A DNA stretch of 55,898 nucleotides, the filler included, from Piptocephalis cylindrospora (lineage: Eukaryota), in the NCBI GenBank assembly GCA_003614145.1. It is 4 parts of 4 records of this genome, joined end to end, with 100 filler letters (N's around TTAATTAATTAA, not from the genome) between each part and the next. Parts side by side here need not be neighbours in the genome. Positions count along the whole stretch, not along the records: positions 42,038 to 55,898 come from KZ987935.1; 3 more parts are not named here. The stretch is one strand, 5' to 3'. The notes under the pieces were generated by a model. The model was not told where the DNA came from. It worked only from the letters and a program-made list of their open reading frames with translations, and did not search any database. The translations under genes were made by a program, and so were the position numbers. Positions 49,155 to 55,898 of this stretch are shown one piece after another; the stretch's first letter is position 1; each line of letters begins with the position of its first letter.

Positions 49155-51034
49155 ATGTCGGCCCCTGGTACACACCCAGGGCAATCCACCCAACATCCTC
49201 GCTCCACCACCTCCACGTATGCCTCTCGACTTCGCGAGGGACACACCTCCCTCTTCATCCCCATCCCCAGCGCCAGTAGCATGGGCGGCGGCTCTGGGCT
49301 TGGGGCCCGTCGATCTGCTCGGGCCGCTAGGGCCGCCATTGCCGGCAACATTCGTGACGTTGACGAAGATGACGAGGGGAACGACACTGCTGAAGATCGC
49401 AACCCCACCCTCGTTGCCACTTCCTCCGAGTCGGGCGAGCCCATCCTCATCACCAAGCCACTGATCCGTCGTGCCATGACCCACACAGACCACATCTACC
49501 CGTAAGTGCAAAAGAGGGCAAGTCACAGGAGTCTTCCATTCCAATAGCCTCTCCTTCCCCCCATGACTTACCCTTTCACTAGGACGGAAGATGCCTTAAG
49601 AGAAAATGCGGATCGAGGGGAGTACTTGGTCCCCATTCACATCGAAGTGGAAACAGAGCAATTTCACGTCCGGGACTCCTTCATGTGGAATCTCCATGAA
49701 GAGCTTTTCACCCCAGAGGACTTTGCCCGTATCTTTTGCGTGGATGTCGATCTCCCTGTCAATGCCCATGGACAGGCTATTGCTGAAAGCATCCGTACTC
49801 AGATCATGGAGCACACCGAACTCGCCTCCCTCTCCGCTGCCCTCATCCCCCCTAAAGGGGCTGTAGCTGCAGTGCAAGAGGAAAAAGGCAGCACTGGGGA
49901 GATCGGGGGAGTAGAAAAGGCGCAGACTTCCCTCGAATTAGCCACAGAGCGAAATAAAGAGGACCAGGGAACTACAGAGGAGGATGCTCGCCCCATGACC
50001 TCAGGATCAACACCCCTTCAGTCCCTACCGTCCTCAAAGCCCGATGTTCACCCTGGACAAGACACCATCATCGTTTACCTCGACCTGCAAGTTGGTACAT
50101 TTGTCCTTCGAGACAAGTTCTCCTGGGATCCCCATTCCACATTGGCTCCCGAGGCCTTTGCCCGGCAACTCACCGCTGACCTGGGGCTTGGAGGCGAGTT
50201 CCCTCCTTTGATCGCTCATGCCATCCATGACCGCCTGGCCCGGTGGAGACGTGATCGGGTGTACGGGGAAGCCGAGGAGGATCCCACCCGCATTCCCGGA
50301 GCGATTGGCATGGACGCATCCGTTTATCGACCCCTCCACTCGGCCATCGAGTGGGGCCCAATGCTCCAGGAACTATCGGCCGAAGAACTGGAACGCGTTC
50401 AGATTGATCGGGAAAGGACGCTGAGGTGAGTTGCGCGCGATGGAAGAAGAAGTGTTGCATCTAATTTGGCCCAACCCCCCACCCTTCCATTCAATATTAT
50501 TAGACGACAACGGCGGGAGACCTCCCGGTGGGCCCCACCAACTGGAAGAAGAAGTGGAGGAGGCCTATCCCTGGCCACCGCCCCCTCCCCCTCCTCCTCG
50601 GGCCTTATGTCCCCCTCCACCTCAGGCATCATGTCTCCTGGTCCTGTGACTCGAGGCACTAGCACTGGAGGAGCTGCATCTACCCTCCCAGGTGCTATAC
50701 GACGCAGTGGCGGTAGTGTTGCTCGGCCATCTACACCTTCCTCCCCATCCCCGTATCCAACTATTCCTACTCCAGGTCTACCCATGACCGAGTCCCGTAG
50801 TGCCACCTTCCGGTGTGTTCACTGTGGTATCGGAGGTACTGAAACACCCCTAGCACGACGAGGACCTGACGGGAACATGGTACGTAGCCTTGATGGCGAG
50901 GATGAGTATTTAGGAGCCTTGTATCTCATCCCCCCTTCCGTTCTCATTGATAGAGTCTATGCAATGCATGTGGGCTCTTCTGGAAGGCACATGGTGTCTT
51001 ACCAGAACACCGGACTAACATGTTCAATGTGTAG
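49155..51034 (+). CDS. SFH1: SNF5-family chromatin remodeller subunit (Sfh1-like) with C-terminal GATA zinc finger; exons 49155-49501, 49583-50425, 50504-50879, 50954-51034; 548 aa
   Basis: YASRLREG, LVPIHIEVE..RDSFMWNLHEELFTPEDFARIFCVDVDL, LRDKFSWD..PEAFARQLTADLGLGGEF..IAHAI, WGPMLQELS. Spliced finger CVHC-X20-CNACGL. Confidence 0.88.
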
Positions 51035-51306
51035 GACCCATCTCTTTCTATTCCAGTGTGGGAGAGTCCATGAATGGGGAGGGTCAGGTCAGGTGAATGT
51101 ATCAATGCCTTCTCCCTTTTTGATGTCTGACTTATACTCCCCTCCTAATGTCATGACGACGGAGCAAACAATGAAAATAGAGGGTGAAGAGATAAAGCAA
51201 AAAGAGTATGCTATTTGGCAAGATTGACACTCCACATACACGCTCTCTCACGCATGCTACATACAGAAGAGAGGTGTAATGAAGCATCATCATCATCTGA
51301 TCTTGA

Positions 51307-54300
51307 TCACACATCACTATCCTTTAGGGTAGGAGGAAGGAGATTGACGTGGATGACGGGAGGAGACCGGGTCAAGTCAGGACGGAGGGAGACGAGAATG
51401 GAGGAAAATACCGCCAAGCGCTCCTTCCTCACTCCCTCTTCACCCTTTTCAGTGGTCGTGACGGGCCACTCCACATCATGGGCATTGTTCTCGGCATCAT
51501 AGGCATGAGAGAGGACCTTGCACTTGTCCATGTAAATGCGCTCTTCGATACCATAGGTACGAACAATAAGGGAAAAGGATCGGTCCTTGACTTCAATAAT
51601 CAGGGCCTCAGCTTGGATCATCCCACTCTCCACATCCTGAGCCAAACGGGAAAGATAATGGCAGAGGTAGAGGTGGATGGATTGGTCCTGGGCACCTTTG
51701 GCCCCGTCCTTGCGTTGATTGGCCCGGTGAGCCACTTCACGGACCTCATCATCCTGGAGGTAAAAGGGAATTTGCCCAGGGGAGGAGGAAGGAGAGGATC
51801 GTCGGTCCAGGGAGGCCGCTAGCATGCGGTGAACCAGGACATCGGGGTACCGTCGAATGGGGGAAGTAAAGTGGGTGTAGAGGGGAACATTAAGGGCATA
51901 GTGCTTAAATTCTTCAAAGGGCATGGCACCAGAGGAGATATACTTGGCGCGATGCATGGCCTTGATACTTAGGACCCGTAGGACCTCCTGGACCTTGGGG
52001 TCCGTTGGGGTTGACAGGGAAGCATGGAGGGCGCCAGCTGAAGACACATCCACGGGATGGCCAAGGGCCGCGGCGGTCCGAGAAAACTCGATAAGTCTCC
52101 GCTCAATAGGGATTTCGTGCCGTCGAAGGATCGCACGATCCGGGAAGGTTCGACAAATTTGCGAGGCCGCGCTCTGGTTGGCCAAGAGCATGAATTCCTC
52201 CACAAGCCAATTGGCCTCCCGGGTCCGGTAGGGCTGACACTCAATAGGCTGGCCCTCCGCATTCAGGGTGAAGGAGAGACGAACATTGTTGGTGGAGAGG
52301 GCGCCGTTGTCAAATCTAGCTTTGCGCATCAGACGAGCCAAGTGCTGTAGACCTTGGACATCCTCACACACTTGATCGGCCGTAAAGGAGGAAGGGGAAG
52401 GCATCGAGAGATTGGATTTAGCCTTGTCCTTATCCCCATCAATGACACACTGAGCATCCTCATAAGCGAGTCGAGCGCAGCACCGAATGACAGACCGGCC
52501 AAAGCGTACACTCTTCACCGAGGCATCCGTAAGGGAAAAGTGCCAGAAGACGGAGAAGGCCAGACGATCTACACCCGGATTCAAACTGCACAACTCCTCA
52601 CAAAGTAAGGATGGAAGCATAGGGATAACTTGGTCGACGAGATAGGTGGAAGTACTTCTCCTGCCGGCCTCCTCATCTAACGCCGTGTCGGGATGGACGA
52701 AATAACTCACATCGGCAATGTGCACTCCAACAAGGGCCTCTCCGCCTGGTAAAAGTTGATAAGAAAGGGCATCATCGAGATCCTTTGCCGATGCTGGATC
52801 AATGGTAAAGATTCTCTCAGCCCTTAAATCCCATCGCTTGGCAATTTCTTCAGCCGGGATGACCCAGGGAGTAGAGGGTAGACAGGCCTGGACTTCGGGG
52901 GGAAAGGGATCGGATCGAACCCGATTGTTCTCCAGAAGAGCCGAGGTTTCCACCTTCATATCTCCAATAGGGCCTAGGATGGCCCGAAGTTCCCCAGAGG
53001 GAGAAGCCCTGTCGGCCTCCCAATCGGTAATCCTTACTAGCACCAGTTGTTGCTGAGGGGAAGCGGTGGAGGAACATAAGGTCTCCTCTACCCCCTGACG
53101 AACATCCTTATCCTTGATCCCTTCCGGATAAAGCGGAATCAAGGGAACCCTAGGGTCCATGGGTTTGAACCAAATGATGGAGCATTCGTGAAGCTTGGTG
53201 GGCTTCTTGGCCTCAACCCTAGACGAAGAATCCCCTGGTCGAGTGAGGGAGAGAATCCCAGCAAATTCGCGGAACTCACCACCCTGATCGGGCAACGCAA
53301 CCACCTTGCCCCATTCCAAGGTATCCTTTATTCCTCCCTCTTGTTGCTCCTCTTCCTCTGAAGGGGGCGTAGCAGCCTCGGGGACAATTTCATCCAGAGG
53401 CAAGATATTGGACTCCTCTTCCTCTTCTTCCTCTTCTTCCTCTTCTTCCTCCTTGATCTCAGTGGAGGAGGAAGGAGGGATACGGCCATGCTTAATGGCT
53501 TGCTGATGATCATTCTTATCCTTGGCGGCCTTGACCTCTTCTAGCTCCTCTCCTTGAAGAATCTGGACCACAACCGTATCTCCCTCGAGGGCTCGATTAC
53601 GGGCCTTACCGCCCCAGAGAAAGACGTCTTCACGGCCATCGACAGTGACGTAGGACTCGAGACGATTACGTCTATTGATCCGTAGGCTTCCGAGGAGGAG
53701 CTTTCCAGTGATCAAACCCATCTTCCACTCCTCCTCTGGGAGGTAAGGGGTAAAGGGATACTTTTTTTCACGTTTCTTCCCCTTCTTCGTTCCCGTCTCC
53801 TTTAGGGTTTTTCCCCGTTCACGGGCAGCCATAGCCCGGTTAGAGACCGAAGAGGAAGAGGGATCAACAGTCTTGGCTCTTGACCTTCCTCCACGCCCTT
53901 GAATTAATGGAAGCCCCTTATCCGATCCATTCTTGGGATGAAGAGGGGAAAGTGACATCTTTTGAAGGGCCTCAGCTACCCAGTCGGCCGCCACTGGAGC
54001 TACCTCTTGGGTGTTTTTACCCAAGGAGGGAGTGGTACCCATACCCTTGGCCAGAGCGGGGTGAGGAGTTACTGTAGGGGTGGGCCGAGTCACGGTAGGT
54101 GTAGCCGAGGCCACTGCGGGAGGGGGACGGGCCACTGTGGGAGCGGGACGAGTCACTGCGGGAGCAGTGCGTCGAGCAGGACGACGACTGGGTCGATCAT
54201 TCAAGTTACTCGGGGGTGGAACAGCCGAGTACATTCCCTTGCCCGAATGGATGCTCCGAGAAGGAATGACGGGTTGGGAGGAGGATAGAGTGGAGTCAAA

Positions 54301-55094
54301 GGAAATGACTTCCACGTCAGCCTCGGATACTGATCCCGTACTAGTGGAAGGAAAGGCCTGAGCACGGGAGGAGGCAGTAAATGGATTTTTCGTTAAACCG
54401 CCTTGTCTAGGGAGGGCGTGTGACTCAAGTGGAAGCGCAGGATTGGGGGAGATAGCGGGGTCAAGGGCCCCTTTAAGGGTGCTTGTATCAGCCTTCTTGC
54501 TCTTTGGTCCTTTTTTCCCTTTTTTGTCAATTTTGCGAGGCTTGGAAGAGGATGAAGGAGAGACACTCGACTCGGGATCCAGAGGCGGATCCAAGTCTGA
54601 CGGAGGAGCGGATGAGGGAGGGGAAGGGGAGGTGGAGGTCCCCTCCGAAGCTGTCATATGGGTAAAGAGAGATGAATAGTTGTAAAGGGAATAATGTGCA
54701 GCAATGGTCACCTACCCTTCTTGGAAGAGGCCTTTCCCTTTTTCTTGGTTGCCGGTTTTTTCTTAATCTTCGGAGGAAGGGAAGAATCGTCTTGAGTAAA
54801 AGAGTCGGAAGAGTCATGGACGGCAGTAAGGGCGGCTTCCTCGATAGATGGGGCAGACTTGGACTTGACACGCCGTTTCCTCTCCTTCTTTAATTTGTCC
54901 TTTTTAGCTTTGACCTTCTTTGTATCTTCCTGACCATCTGAAGTATCGGTAGATGCGGGGACATCGGAGGAGAGGACGGTGGGGGCTCCCCCGGTCTTGG
55001 AGCCCTTTGAACGCCCCTTTCCTTTAGAGACTACCTTGGGGGCAGGTGCAGTAATGGGCAAGGGCACTGGAGTGCTTGGTTCTTGATTGTCCAT
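51307..55094 (-). CDS. DIS3L2: Dis3L2-type RNB 3'-5' exoribonuclease, 2 exons (55094-54716, 54650-51307), 1240 aa
   Basis: CSD GSLRINRRNR..RNRALEGDTVVV, catalytic FTIDPASAKDLDDALS, VGVHIADVS, CSLNPGVDRLAFSV, VEEFMLLAN, HYALNVPLYTHFTSPIRRYPD. No PIN domain. Confidence 0.9.
54061..54165 (-). repeat. Coding minisatellite, 5 x 21 bp (7-aa units) in the DIS3L2 N-terminus
   Basis: APAVTRP/APTVARP/PPAVASA/TPTVTRP/TPTVTPH. Confidence 0.8.
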
Positions 55095-55440
55095 ATCGAA
55101 ATATTGACAATTTCTACCAGAGAAGAGAGTTGAAATGGGCTGGATGGGTGGGTAGGTGGGTGGATGAAACGAGGAAAAGATCAGGAAAACGTACAAGGAC
55201 GAAGAGGAAGAGGGCGGGTATAGGGAAAAAACGACTTTTATCTGAATAGATAGGTGTAAGTGAGGGAGGGTTGAAGGGGGGAGTGTGTGCGTGTGGGATA
55301 GAAGGATCAAGATCTGAGAGTAAAATGAGAGGAGGAAAAGGAAAAGAAAGAAAGAAAGATGGATGGATTGGACACAGGCGGGGCTTCAGGGATAGTGTAG
55401 ACGCGGAGCTCCCTTTTATATGGATAGCGACCATCTCTCT

Positions 55441-55442
<2 letters not shown>

Positions 55443-55489
<47 letters not shown>
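55443..55489. repeat. (TG)n(TA)n microsatellite
   Basis: Directly visible. Confidence 0.9.
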
Positions 55490-55671
55490 GGATGGAGTGT
55501 GAGAATTCCCTGAGCCTGCCCTCTGCCCTGCCCTGCCCATCCCCGAGCCGCTTGCTATACACAATGCAGAGGGGACACACATCATCAAGATGCCAAGGTC
55601 GTCAGAAAGGAGGGATGGTGAGTCAGGCACATACACGTCTCCCTTGGACATGACAATCCCCTTTGCGCTTA

Positions 55672-55811
55672 CCCCCCCCCCCCCCCCCCCCCCCCCCCCC
55701 TTCACTCTCTTCTCCCACCATACCCAACCTACACAACCACTAAAATAAAAAAAAAAACAAATAACAAAATAAACAACAAATAAAACAAAACATCACTACT
55801 TCAACAAAGAG

Positions 55812-55844
<33 letters not shown>

Positions 55845-55860
55845 TTTGTTAAAAAAAAAG
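55672..55860. repeat. Low-complexity contig end (poly-C, A-rich and poly-A tracts)
   Basis: C run 55672-55700; A run 55813-55841. Confidence 0.85.
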
Positions 55861-55898
55861 CCCTGATAAAAAGTGTTCATACCCTATTTACTACATAT

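Overview
This is eukaryotic (fungal) DNA, and it is not one locus. Four separate contigs (1-13975, 14076-27958, 28059-41937, 42038-55898) are joined in descending length order by identical artificial 100-bp spacers (N44-TTAATTAATTAA-N44). The sequence is gene-dense with short GT-AG introns. The gene set and style suggest an early-diverging fungus, possibly a zoopagalean mycoparasite such as Piptocephalis; this is an inference, not verified. I reconstructed 22 protein genes by hand, resolving splice sites. Contig 1: PL38-type polysaccharide lyase, DHA1 MFS, aldo-keto reductase, SUMO, a CH-kinase-C1-CaaX protein and a PPR-like protein. Contig 2: RPN3, UBC4, PAF-acetylhydrolase, an MCT-type MFS, two orphan secreted proteins and a partial cystathionine gamma-synthase. 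Contig 3: partial SMC2, ALA1, a class-III-like ADH, NNF1 and NDUFAF7. Contig 4: HAP5, a Tim17-like protein, SEC62, trypsin, SFH1-GATA and DIS3L2 (the count of 22 treats the uncertain PPR-like ORF as additional). There are also two tRNAs, Gly-GCC (partial) and Val-AAC. The most striking signal is a 933-aa Cdc7/SepH-type kinase with an N-terminal calponin-homology domain and a C1 domain. A final exon missed by the ORF track ends it in a polybasic CaaX box (RRKSK...CLIL*). Also notable: candidate host-attack proteins (PL38 lyase, ricin-B-like secreted protein, orphan secreted protein, trypsin), two +1 frameshifts in poly-C runs, and a recurrent ACTCAY branch-point motif.
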